A stretch of DNA of 64,000 nucleotides from a candidate division WOR-3 bacterium. Lineage in GTDB: Bacteria > Hydrothermota > Hydrothermia > Hydrothermales > JAJRUZ01. The stretch is taken from positions 9,969 through 73,968 of the forward strand of contig JBDRZL010000005.1 in assembly GCA_039803925.1 (NCBI GenBank). The letters run 5' to 3'. Position numbers and translations under genes: made by a program. Below the pieces are notes generated by a model. That model made no database searches, was not told where the DNA came from, and saw only the letters and a program-made list of their open reading frames with translations. Of the stretch, positions 47,053 through 56,249 are shown piece by piece. How positions within the stretch are numbered: the stretch's first letter is position 1; every line of letters begins with the position of its first letter.

Positions 47053-47168
47053 TGATAAAAAGGAAAATTGAGGCGAAATGCGAAGGATTTTATGAGAAAA
47101 TGCTTATGTTGAGAGATTTAAAGAGGACTATATAATAACATTTTGTATGTAGTAGGCACTCCTAAAAA

Positions 47169-47215
47169 TTTATTGAACCAGAAAAATTTAATATTGTTAT
47201 GGTATTCTACAACAA
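47169..47215 (+). promoter_or_regulatory. Conserved promoter-like element, copy C: TTGAAC(47173-47178)-N19-TATGGT(47198-47203)-ATTCTACA. No downstream plus-strand ORF.
   Basis: Third copy of the element. It points toward the 3' end of the convergent minus-strand gene 47347-49920. Confidence 0.35.
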
Positions 47216-47346
47216 TCGAAAAAGTATTTTTTCTCCCTTTTGATTTCTTGCTTTTAAAAAAAATTAAATCTAAGGCGAGCATTAAAATATGATATAGTTA
47301 TAAAATATCAAGGGATAAAAAAAATTTTTACTTCAGCAATATTTCT

Positions 47347-49920
47347 TTATTTCAAAAATACAAATTTTTTTCTTATTTTATTTTGTGATATTTTGCCCTC
47401 TATAAAATAAGTACCCGAAGGAATTTTTTTATCTAATTTTATTCTGATTTTGCCAGGGGGATAGAAGCCCTTTATTAAATAATCAATTTTTCTTCCTGAA
47501 ACATCAACAATGCTAAGTTCAACAAAACTTTTTGTAATACCGCCTAATCTTTTAATACCTTTTTCCTCTTGAATATTTAATACAAAATAAATTTTTCCAT
47601 CTTCGTATACGATTATCATATCACCCGGTTTTACATCATATTTGGCAAGACTATCAATACTATATCCTATTTTGAGAGGGAAAAGAACCACTCTATCATT
47701 ATATGTATCAGTTACATAAAGGAATTTTTTATCTATTGATAAACCCTTGGGCTGTTTTAAACCATTTTCTAATTTCTTTCCATAAATGTTTAATAAAACA
47801 TTTCCGAATTTATCAAACTTCTGAATTCTGTTATTATGCTGATCTGAGACATAAAGGGAACTATCCATGTCTATTACAATATCGTAAGGATGAGAGAATT
47901 CACCTCGCTCTACGCCTTCCTTTCCTATTGTTTTTTTAAATTTTCCATTAATATTAAAAACTTCTACTCTGTTATTCTGTCTGTTTGCAATGTATATTAA
48001 AGTATCAAGAATGAAAATGCCGTGGGGCTGGTTAAGTTTTCCAGTTGTATCTCCATATTCACCAAATGATCTTATATAATTACCCTGCTGATCAAAAACA
48101 TTTATTCTGTGGTGATGTATATCCGAAACATAGATATTTCCATTTTTATCAAAAGAAACACCACCAGTTTGGTTAAATATATGTGGGCCACCGAATTCAA
48201 AAAGGTAATTGCCTTTTAAATCAAAAATTTCAATTCTTGAATTATTTCTATCAGATACAAAGAGTTTATTTTTGTAATAAGATATGAAATCGGGCTGTAT
48301 GAATTCACCTTTATTTTTTCCGTGTTTTCCAAATGTTAAAATAAAATTACCATATTTATTGAATTTCTGAACTCTGTCATTTTGAGAGTCAGCAATATAT
48401 ATGAATTGAGAATCAACTGCTAAATCACATGGGAGTCTTAATTGTGAAGGATTAAGTCCTTTTTCACCAATTTTAAGCACTGGTTTTGGTTCACCAGCAT
48501 ATATAAGGACCTCATCGGTAGAAATGTTGTTGGAAAAATCACTTGCTATAAGAATGATTTTATATAATCCTTCTTCAACTGAGTCAGCATTAAAAATTGC
48601 AAGTGGTTCATTTATTTTTTCTTGTGTTCCAAATGATGCATAAACTAAAGAATCCTTAGTATTTTTTATCCATATGTAATAGTATTTTAGATAGGAATTA
48701 TCCTTTACTCTTCCGCATATTTTTATTTTTCCATTTACAAATGTGCTATCAGGAGGTGATATAATTTTACATTCAGGGGGTATGTTATCAGTTATTTCTC
48801 CTATCTGAAAAGCCATTATTCCTGATTTTGGACCCCATTTTTCCGCTGCAAACAGTTTATCTTTATAAATATGGATTCCTGTTAAATAGTTAAATTTCCC
48901 CAGTCCTATTCCATTTTCTCCATATGTCCATACAGTATCACTTAAATCAGGATAAAATTTAATTATTTTATCGTGTCTAACTGATGCATACACAAATCCT
49001 GCATCATCAACATCAATCATAAAAGGAAGCCCCTGCCTTTTACCTATTCTTCTTCTTTTTTCAAAAAAATTGAAGGAATTTATAATTTTTTTTACACCTG
49101 ATGAGTCTTTAAACATTACAATTCTCCCATTTCCCGGGTCAGATACATATATTATATTATTATTTACACCGTTTTCCTTTCCCACAACAACATCCTGTGG
49201 TGCTACAAAAAATAACATTTTTCCCCATCTCCTTGGAGATCCGCATACATATCCATATTTTCCAAAGGAATCAACAACTATTCCATCATATGTGAATTTA
49301 AATATTTTTCTTTTAGACATATCAGTTACAAAAAGTTTATCATCTTCCTGAATTTCTGGTGTTCCATTATCAGAGTAATCAATACCCCAGGGTGTTATTA
49401 ATATACCTTCCCCAAAAGTTTTAAGGAAATAAGGAACCGGTATTTTAATTTTTCCCCAGGATACAGGGATTTCTAAAATTTTTATTTCCCACATTGATAT
49501 TCTTCCATTTCCAGGGTCAGATATATAAAAATAGGGGAATTTACCGTCAATGTCTATATTTCCTTTAAACTGGTGGGGCTGTGTTCCAAATTCTCCAAAC
49601 CATCCAATATCTTCCGCTCCTTCAAAAGTGAAGCAGATTCTTACTTTATAATCTGTTACAAAAATCATTTTCCCTGCTGGTGTTTCAATTACACAGATAT
49701 TATAGTGGAGAAAAAAGAATTCACATCCTTTATAAATCTGGCAAGCAATTTCCTTGCAGAATTTGTCAATTCTCTGTGGCTCTGTAACAAGTGGAATGGG
49801 AGTAAGTTTTGCTTGTGGATTTTTTAATATTTTTAAATAGTCCTTATTTTCAGTAAAGAGAGGAGATTTAATTAATGGGTAAGGAGTAAGGGATATTTTA
49901 TTGATATGGAATTTTTTCAA
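47347..49920 (-). CDS. NHL-repeat beta-propeller protein with T9SS C-terminal sorting domain
   Basis: Multiple NHL repeats (YVSDQHNNRIQKFDKFGN, YVTDTYNDRVVLF, YIADSQNDRVQKFNKYGN, FVSDRNNSRIEIFDLKGN, YVSDIHHHRINVFDQQGN, YIANRQNNRVEVFNINGK) forming probably two propellers. C-terminal VDVSGRKIDY...KKFVFLK. The predicted TTG start gives no obvious signal peptide, so the N-terminus is uncertain. Confidence 0.6.
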   Translation of the reverse strand: MKKFHINKISLTPYPLIKSPLFTENKDYLKILKNPQAKLTPIPLVTEPQRIDKFCKEIACQIYKGCEFFFLHYNICVIETPAGKMIFVTDYKVRICFTFEGAEDIGWFGEFGTQPHQFKGNIDIDGKFPYFYISDPGNGRISMWEIKILEIPVSWGKIKIPVPYFLKTFGEGILITPWGIDYSDNGTPEIQEDDKLFVTDMSKRKIFKFTYDGIVVDSFGKYGYVCGSPRRWGKMLFFVAPQDVVVGKENGVNNNIIYVSDPGNGRIVMFKDSSGVKKIINSFNFFEKRRRIGKRQGLPFMIDVDDAGFVYASVRHDKIIKFYPDLSDTVWTYGENGIGLGKFNYLTGIHIYKDKLFAAEKWGPKSGIMAFQIGEITDNIPPECKIISPPDSTFVNGKIKICGRVKDNSYLKYYYIWIKNTKDSLVYASFGTQEKINEPLAIFNADSVEEGLYKIILIASDFSNNISTDEVLIYAGEPKPVLKIGEKGLNPSQLRLPCDLAVDSQFIYIADSQNDRVQKFNKYGNFILTFGKHGKNKGEFIQPDFISYYKNKLFVSDRNNSRIEIFDLKGNYLFEFGGPHIFNQTGGVSFDKNGNIYVSDIHHHRINVFDQQGNYIRSFGEYGDTTGKLNQPHGIFILDTLIYIANRQNNRVEVFNINGKFKKTIGKEGVERGEFSHPYDIVIDMDSSLYVSDQHNNRIQKFDKFGNVLLNIYGKKLENGLKQPKGLSIDKKFLYVTDTYNDRVVLFPLKIGYSIDSLAKYDVKPGDMIIVYEDGKIYFVLNIQEEKGIKRLGGITKSFVELSIVDVSGRKIDYLIKGFYPPGKIRIKLDKKIPSGTYFIEGKISQNKIRKKFVFLK

Positions 49921-49983
49921 TTCATAAGGTAAAATATCATTTTTTTTATTTCCTGCAAGGAATATAAAATAAAAATAAAAGAT

Positions 49984-50895
49984 TCATTTTGCCTTTCTTA
50001 TTTTACCCCATATTTTTATTGCATTTTTTCTTTCCATTTCAAGAATCGGGTTATCTGAATATTTCTTCTCAATATAATCGTAAACAATTTTACTTTTTTC
50101 ATCTTCCATATCACGAAGGTAGCCGTAAGTCAATAAAGTATACTGTGATTTTGGATAATAAGTAAATAATGTATCAAGTATTGAAATAATCTCATTTATT
50201 CTTCTTTCCTTTATATAAATTTGGGAAAGTTTATAATAAAAAAGGGGAAGAAATTCTTTTTTTCTGTATTTTTTTATAAACTCCCTTAAATCCGATTCTG
50301 AGTATTTAAAGTATCCTTTACCTTCTATCCATAGACCAAAGGAAAGTATTCTAACAATCTTACTAAGTTCAGGATCTTCTATACTTTTAAACCTTATAGT
50401 ATCGTTTACCTCATACTCTAAATCCTCAACATGAAATCCCCAGTATGAAAGATTTTTATCTTCTGTTTTTAAAATAATTCTTTTAAAGTAGTATGTTTTT
50501 TTAAAATTAAAAACGAGATCTTTGGAACTCCCAAAAACGAAAACAGAATCCTTAGGCATTAAAGTGAATTTAAAGTCATTCACCCACTTCCAGGCTCCGG
50601 CAGATTTTTCATTAGGTTTGGGCATGAAGGGTCTAAAATAGTAAATAGATGGATCAAAAACAATTTTTCCATCTTCATCATAGATATCTAACCATATACA
50701 GGTAAAGTTTGGAAGGGGTAAGTAAGACCACATCCACGGCAAAAATATGGTAACAGGATTTTCGGAGATATTCTTTAATACAGCGTAGAAGAGTATTTCT
50801 TCTTCTTTATAATACTCTTTTTTTCTTTCAAAAATTCCCCCTCTTAGAGAGAGGGAATGATTTAATAAGGTGAATAAAAGTAAAAAATTTATCAT
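49984..50895 (-). CDS. Secreted hypothetical protein
   Basis: Signal peptide MINFLLLFTLLNHSLS. 303 aa with a helical (TPR-like?) C-terminus. Confidence 0.4.
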   Translation of the reverse strand: MINFLLLFTLLNHSLSLRGGIFERKKEYYKEEEILFYAVLKNISENPVTIFLPWMWSYLPLPNFTCIWLDIYDEDGKIVFDPSIYYFRPFMPKPNEKSAGAWKWVNDFKFTLMPKDSVFVFGSSKDLVFNFKKTYYFKRIILKTEDKNLSYWGFHVEDLEYEVNDTIRFKSIEDPELSKIVRILSFGLWIEGKGYFKYSESDLREFIKKYRKKEFLPLFYYKLSQIYIKERRINEIISILDTLFTYYPKSQYTLLTYGYLRDMEDEKSKIVYDYIEKKYSDNPILEMERKNAIKIWGKIRKAK

Positions 50896-50898
50896 TCA

Positions 50899-51138
50899 TC
50901 ATCCTCCCTTTTTCCTTATAGCTGTGTCAAGTTTTGCAGTATCAAACCTTGGATATATCAAAAAAGAAGTGTATGGTGTATCTAAAATTTTAGGTAAACT
51001 TACATCAACAGTATTAGTGTGATCCCTTAATGGAGCTCCTATTATGTGCCAAACACCATTTCCTGGACCTTGCTCTGTCCCTTCTTTTTTCGTTTCACAA
51101 AAATAAAAAATCATAATAGTATAAATAATAAATACCAT
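50899..51138 (-). CDS. Small hypothetical lipoprotein-like protein
   Basis: Hydrophobic N-terminus MVFIIYTIMIFYFCE. The ORF could start at 51162 instead. Confidence 0.25.
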   Translation of the reverse strand: MVFIIYTIMIFYFCETKKEGTEQGPGNGVWHIIGAPLRDHTNTVDVSLPKILDTPYTSFLIYPRFDTAKLDTAIRKKGG

Positions 51139-51224
51139 TTTATTAAATCCTGAACCCCTCATAATAAATTATACTTTTTTTTCAAAAAAATCAAGTTTCT
51201 ATAAAACAGAGCAAAATTAAGACC

Positions 51225-52259
51225 TTACTTTCTCCTTTTTTCAAACTTTTTTAATTGTTTTTTAAAAAATTCATTTTCGGGTTCTTTTTCAAGGGCTTTT
51301 TTTTCCCAGTAAATTGCCTTCTCATAATCACCTGCTGCAAAATATGCCTCTGCTAAGGTATCCATTATATTCGGGTCATCTGGATCAAGTTCTAATGCCC
51401 TTTTAGCAGCCTCTATCGTCTCCTCAGGAAAAACCTTTCTCAAAGCAAATTCCCAGGCAAGAGAATTGTAAACTTCAGGAGATTTAATATCACTTTTTAA
51501 TGCCTTCTTTAGGAGTTCATGTGCTCTTTCAAGAAAAATCCTTTCCTTTTTCTTTTCTTCCTTAGAAAGTCTTAAATAAGCAGGAGCAAGAAAAACAAAC
51601 TGCCACATTTCATACTGCCTTTTAAGTTCCTTAACTGGCTCAGGATTATCAACAACTTTTAAATCAAGGAGCCTATCGTCAACACCCTCATATCCACCCC
51701 TTTTCCTTACAACATACAAAGCAGCAGACTGTTTACCTCTTTTATCTCCTCCTTTTGCTTCACCAGCCTCAAGAGCTAAAAGAAGCCTTTCAGCAAGTGG
51801 TAACCCCTTTGTGTTTTCAAAAACAATGAGCATTGTATCAATAACTTTTTCACTTACAAGAATATTTCCCTGAACAGCAACATACATTTTATTTTTGTGA
51901 CCTGCCCAGAATATTGTTGATTTACCTGTAAAAGAAGCAGAATTTCCCCATCTATCAACAATTCCAACCTGTCTATCTTGGGGTGAAGTATCTCTTTCAA
52001 GAATTATTTTTAAAACTTCATCAGCTTTTTTACCTTTTCTTAAAAGTTCAAGTGCCCATGGACCAAAATAGGGATTTACAAGGGCCTGGGTAGCAACAGC
52101 ACCTACATTTGCCTCAAGCCATGGCACAATATACCCTACATCAAAAACTCTTGAAGCAACAGCAACTCCCCATTCCTCTGTCTCAGGATCCATAGCCACA
52201 ATTGAAAAAGTATTTGTTTCTCCCTTTATAGAAAAAATAAGTAAAATTAAAAGTTTCAT
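51225..52259 (-). CDS. DUF1028 (Ntn-hydrolase-like) family protein with C-terminal TPR repeats
   Basis: After a signal-like N-terminus comes TFSIVAMD, the family-defining nucleophile motif. The C-terminus is TPR-like (AEAYFAAGDYEKAIYWEKKALEKEP). Confidence 0.5.
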   Translation of the reverse strand: MKLLILLIFSIKGETNTFSIVAMDPETEEWGVAVASRVFDVGYIVPWLEANVGAVATQALVNPYFGPWALELLRKGKKADEVLKIILERDTSPQDRQVGIVDRWGNSASFTGKSTIFWAGHKNKMYVAVQGNILVSEKVIDTMLIVFENTKGLPLAERLLLALEAGEAKGGDKRGKQSAALYVVRKRGGYEGVDDRLLDLKVVDNPEPVKELKRQYEMWQFVFLAPAYLRLSKEEKKKERIFLERAHELLKKALKSDIKSPEVYNSLAWEFALRKVFPEETIEAAKRALELDPDDPNIMDTLAEAYFAAGDYEKAIYWEKKALEKEPENEFFKKQLKKFEKRRK

Positions 52260-52293
52260 ATTTTATATCTTCCTTTAAAGAATTTTAAAAAAA

Positions 52294-52674
52294 TTATTTT
52301 CCTATTTCCCCTTCACCGAAAAGTGCAATTTTGAGTATTTCGTAAGATAAAAGAGCACATTTCATTCTTACAGGAGAAAGTTCAATTCCAAGGCTTTTTA
52401 AATGTTCATCTTTTGTATAATTTTTCAGTTCTTCAATTTTTTTGCCTTTTATATATTCTGTAAGAATAGAAGCAGCAGCTTGAGAAATTGCACAACCCCT
52501 TCCTTTAAACTTTACATCCTCAATAACACCATCTTTTATCTTAAACTGCATTTTTATTTCATCACCACAGAAAGGGTTCCCCCCCTCATAAACTATATCA
52601 GGATTTACCATTTCTCCATAATTCCTGGGGTTTTTATAATGGTCAAGTATAATTTCGTAAATTTCTTCAATCAT
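52294..52674 (-). CDS. Fe-S cluster assembly scaffold, NifU/IscU/SufU-like
   Basis: NPFCGDE, GRGCAIS and RMKCA conserved-Cys motifs. Confidence 0.75.
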   Translation of the reverse strand: MIEEIYEIILDHYKNPRNYGEMVNPDIVYEGGNPFCGDEIKMQFKIKDGVIEDVKFKGRGCAISQAAASILTEYIKGKKIEELKNYTKDEHLKSLGIELSPVRMKCALLSYEILKIALFGEGEIGK

Positions 52675-52683
52675 TTTTTAATT

Positions 52684-53850
52684 TTAAACCTTTTCATAAA
52701 AATTTTTCATTTCATTTATTATACTTCTCGCTATAACAATTTTCTGTATTTCACTTGTTCCTTCATAAATCTCTGTAACCTTTGCAGCCCTAAATAATCT
52801 CTGAACATCATGTTCCCTTGAATAACCAAGAGACCCATGAATCTGAAGAGCTTTATCAGTAACCCACATTGCTGTTTCTGATCCGTAAAGTTTAGCCATT
52901 GATGACCACTCAGAAAATTTCTCTCCCTTCTGTTTTAAATAGGCTGCTTTATAAGTTAAAAGCCTTGCTGCCTCAATCCTTGTTCTCATTTCAGCAAGAT
53001 AAAACTGAATTGCTTGATGCTCATAAAGTTTTTTCCCGAAGGTTTCCCTCTCAAAGGAAAATTTTACTGCATGTTCAAAAGCACCCTGTGCAATTCCAAC
53101 TGCCTGAGCCGCTATCCCTATTCTTCCAGCATCTAAAACACTCATCGCAATTTTAAAACCCTCTCCTTCATTACCGAGCCTCATATCTTCAGGAATTACA
53201 TAATCCTCAAAGGTTAATTCACAGGAGTAAGCTGCCCTTATACCGAGTTTTTTTTCAGGTGGTGATTTTATAATTCCCTTTTTTTCAGTATCTACAATAA
53301 AACATGTTATCCCGTGATGTTTTTTTTCAGGTTCAGTAACAGCAAAAAGCAAAATATATTTAGCATGAGAACCATTTGTAACCCATACTTTTTTCCCATT
53401 TATTACATATTCATTTCCTTTTTTTATTGCTCTTGTTTTTAAATTTGAAGCATCACTTCCTGCATGAGGTTCAGTTAAGGAAAAGGCTCCAATTCTTTCG
53501 CCTTTTGCTATGATAGGTAAAATTTTCCTTTTCTGTTCCTCTGTTCCAAATTTATAAATTCCATAACAGAAAAGGGAATTATTAACTGACATAATAACAC
53601 CATGAGAAGGACAAACCCTTGATATTTCCTCAACAGCAATTGCATAGGATATTGAATCCATACCAGCACCACCGTATTCTTCCGGTATTTCCATTCCCAT
53701 TAATCCCAGTTCCCCCATTTTTTTTATATTTTCTTCTGGAAAAATTTCTTCTTCATCAATCTTATTAGCAATTGGTTCTATCTCATTTTTAACAAAGTCT
53801 CTAACCATATCCCTTATCATTTTATGTTCTTCTTTAAGTTCAAAATCCAT
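52684..53850 (-). CDS. Acyl-CoA dehydrogenase (short/butyryl-chain type)
   Basis: Full ACAD fold: N-terminal helical, middle beta, and C-terminal ...IYEGTSEIQKIVIAR. Confidence 0.85.
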   Translation of the reverse strand: MDFELKEEHKMIRDMVRDFVKNEIEPIANKIDEEEIFPEENIKKMGELGLMGMEIPEEYGGAGMDSISYAIAVEEISRVCPSHGVIMSVNNSLFCYGIYKFGTEEQKRKILPIIAKGERIGAFSLTEPHAGSDASNLKTRAIKKGNEYVINGKKVWVTNGSHAKYILLFAVTEPEKKHHGITCFIVDTEKKGIIKSPPEKKLGIRAAYSCELTFEDYVIPEDMRLGNEGEGFKIAMSVLDAGRIGIAAQAVGIAQGAFEHAVKFSFERETFGKKLYEHQAIQFYLAEMRTRIEAARLLTYKAAYLKQKGEKFSEWSSMAKLYGSETAMWVTDKALQIHGSLGYSREHDVQRLFRAAKVTEIYEGTSEIQKIVIARSIINEMKNFYEKV

Positions 53851-53905
53851 ATTAATTGGTTTTTTTAGAAAGGAATAGAACCTTTAAAAATTTAATTATA
53901 TTGAT

Positions 53906-54808
53906 TTAAGAGGTCCAGAATAAAATTTTCTTTTTTAAAATTTTTCTTTTTATTTTATTTATATTGGCTTTTGTTATTAAATAACCCTTTTCAACAAATT
54001 CATCTATTTTATCAAAATCAGCCCAGGATAAATTCTGTGTATCAAAGGTAATAAGAAAATCGGATTCTTTAATTTCTCTTTCTTCAAAATAAACCCTGTG
54101 AAACTGTAAAATTCTCTGATAGAATTCATAACCACCTCTAAAATCTTTTCTGGTTTCAATTTCATTTTTAACTCTTGAAGTTATTATAAATCTTGGATTA
54201 TATAATTTTTTCAAAAAATATACCGGTGAATTTGAGATTACACCACCATCAACTAAAATTCTTCCTTCCTTTTTAAGGGGAGGTAAAAATCCAGGTATTG
54301 CTGAAGTTGCAATTACCGCATCTTTTACTAATCCTTCATTTATATAAACATATTCTCCTTTAACAAGATCAAAGGCAGTAACAAAAGTTTTTAGTTTTAA
54401 ATCTTCAAACCTTAAATCCCCAAAAATTTCTTCTGCTGCTTCATAGGTTTCTTTTAAAGGAATAACTGATTCTGACAAAAAAGCTTTAGCAAGATTTATT
54501 CTTTCCACTATGGCATCGTGTATTCTCTTAAAAATATTTTTTTCCTCTCTTGTAAAAACATCAAAACCAAGTTTTTTTAGAATTCCCCTTTCAATGCTTT
54601 CTTTTATTTTATCATAAACAAATTTCCAGGAAAGTTTATAGGAGTAAAGAATTCCTATAATTCCTCCAATACTTGTTCCCCCAATACATTCTGGTTTTAT
54701 ACCCTCTTCCTCCATTGCTTTTAAAAAACCAATATGAACTAAACCCCTTGCACCACCTCCAGAGAGAGAAAAGGAAAAAAAAGGTCTTTTTGAAAAAATT
54801 TTTCTCAT
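53906..54808 (-). CDS. Patatin-like phospholipase
   Basis: GGGARG oxyanion motif and GTSIG nucleophile motif (FSLSGGGARGLVHIGF...GGTSIGGIIG). Catalytic Asp in DGGV. Confidence 0.8.
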   Translation of the reverse strand: MRKIFSKRPFFSFSLSGGGARGLVHIGFLKAMEEEGIKPECIGGTSIGGIIGILYSYKLSWKFVYDKIKESIERGILKKLGFDVFTREEKNIFKRIHDAIVERINLAKAFLSESVIPLKETYEAAEEIFGDLRFEDLKLKTFVTAFDLVKGEYVYINEGLVKDAVIATSAIPGFLPPLKKEGRILVDGGVISNSPVYFLKKLYNPRFIITSRVKNEIETRKDFRGGYEFYQRILQFHRVYFEEREIKESDFLITFDTQNLSWADFDKIDEFVEKGYLITKANINKIKRKILKKKILFWTS

Positions 54809-54918
54809 TTTTGTTTATTATTATAAGTTTAAAAAAATTTGAAATAAATAAAAAAATAAGATATAATAAAACTCTGAAACTTTAATTTTGAAAATATTTG
54901 GTCAAAAGGAGGTAAAAA

Positions 54919-55266
54919 ATGCGAGTTAAAAGTGGACCAAAAACAAGGAGAAGACATAAAAAAATAAGGGAAATGGCAAAAGGTTATTACGGACAAAAAA
55001 GTAAAACCTTTAGAAAGGCTAATGAGGCAGTTTTGAAATCCCTAAGATATGCTTACAGACACAGAAAGGAGAAAAAGAGAGAATTTAGGAGACTTTGGAT
55101 AGCAAGGATAAATGCAGCCTGTAGAAATCTTGGTGTTAAATACAATGAATTTGTTCACAATTTAAAAGAAAAGGGTATATTATTAAATAGAAAGATGTTA
55201 GCCTATCTTGCAGTTAATGAACCAGAAAGTTTTAAAGAAATTGTTGAAAAAGCTATGGCAAGTTAA
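54919..55266 (+). CDS. rplT: 50S ribosomal protein L20
   Basis: RVKSGPKTRRRHKKIREMAKGYYG...RRLWIARINAACR. RBS AAAGGAGG. Confidence 0.9.
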   Translation: MRVKSGPKTRRRHKKIREMAKGYYGQKSKTFRKANEAVLKSLRYAYRHRKEKKREFRRLWIARINAACRNLGVKYNEFVHNLKEKGILLNRKMLAYLAVNEPESFKEIVEKAMAS

Positions 55267-56249
55267 TGGAAATTGAGAAACTCAAAGAAGAAGTTAAAAG
55301 AAATTTAGAAAAGGTAAAAAATAAAGAGGATTTAGAAGAAATAAGAATTAAATATCTTGGCAGAAAGGGAATTCTAAAAGAATCCTTTGACAAACTAAAA
55401 GATATTGAGCCTGAAAAAAGAAAAGAATTGGGAAAATTATTAAATGAAGTAAAAGAGTTTCTTGAAAGGGAAATAGAGTTAAGAAAAAAAGAATTTGAGA
55501 TTAAAAGGAAAAAAGATATAGACCCGACTTTACCTGGTTTATTAAAAAAGAGAGGTTTTTTACATATTTTAAAAGAGGAGATTAAAAGAATAGAGGAAAT
55601 TTTTGTTGGACTTTCCTTTGAAGTAGAAACCGGTCCTGAGATTGAGTCTGAATTTAATAATTTTGAAGCATTAAACATTCCGGAATGGCATCCTGCAAGG
55701 GATATGCAGGCAACCCTTTTTCTTGAAAGAAAAGGATTTTTACTAAGAACCCACACTTCACCAATTCAAATAAGGGTAATGTTAAGAAAAAAACCACCAA
55801 TTAGAATAATAGCCCCAGGTAGGGTCTATAGACGTGATAACTTTGATGCTTCCCATTCTCCTGTATTCCATCAGGTGGAAGGGCTTTACATTAATAAAAA
55901 TGTAAGTTTTTCAAATTTAAAAGGAACAGTTGAGCTATTTCTGAAAGAATATTTTGAAAAGAAGGATCTTGAAATAAAATTTGAACCATCTTACTTTCCT
56001 TTTACAGAACCTTCTGCTGAAGTTTCTATATTATGGGATACAGGTGAAGGAAAAAGATTTCTTGAAATTGCAGGCTGCGGAATGGTTCACCCCAATGTTT
56101 TAAAAAATTGTAACATTAATCCTGAAGAGTGGAATGGATATGCTTTTGGAATGGGAGTTGAAAGACTTGTTATGGTTAAATACAAAATACCTGATATAAG
56201 ACTTTTTTATGAAAATGAAAGAAGTTTTCTAAAACAATTTTCAATATGA
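55266..56249 (+). CDS. pheS: Phenylalanine--tRNA ligase alpha subunit
   Basis: Class II aaRS core: FNNFEALNIPEWHPARDMQATLFLE, RTHTSPIQIR, GCGMVHPNVL, FGMGVERL. Confidence 0.9.
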   Translation: MEIEKLKEEVKRNLEKVKNKEDLEEIRIKYLGRKGILKESFDKLKDIEPEKRKELGKLLNEVKEFLEREIELRKKEFEIKRKKDIDPTLPGLLKKRGFLHILKEEIKRIEEIFVGLSFEVETGPEIESEFNNFEALNIPEWHPARDMQATLFLERKGFLLRTHTSPIQIRVMLRKKPPIRIIAPGRVYRRDNFDASHSPVFHQVEGLYINKNVSFSNLKGTVELFLKEYFEKKDLEIKFEPSYFPFTEPSAEVSILWDTGEGKRFLEIAGCGMVHPNVLKNCNINPEEWNGYAFGMGVERLVMVKYKIPDIRLFYENERSFLKQFSI

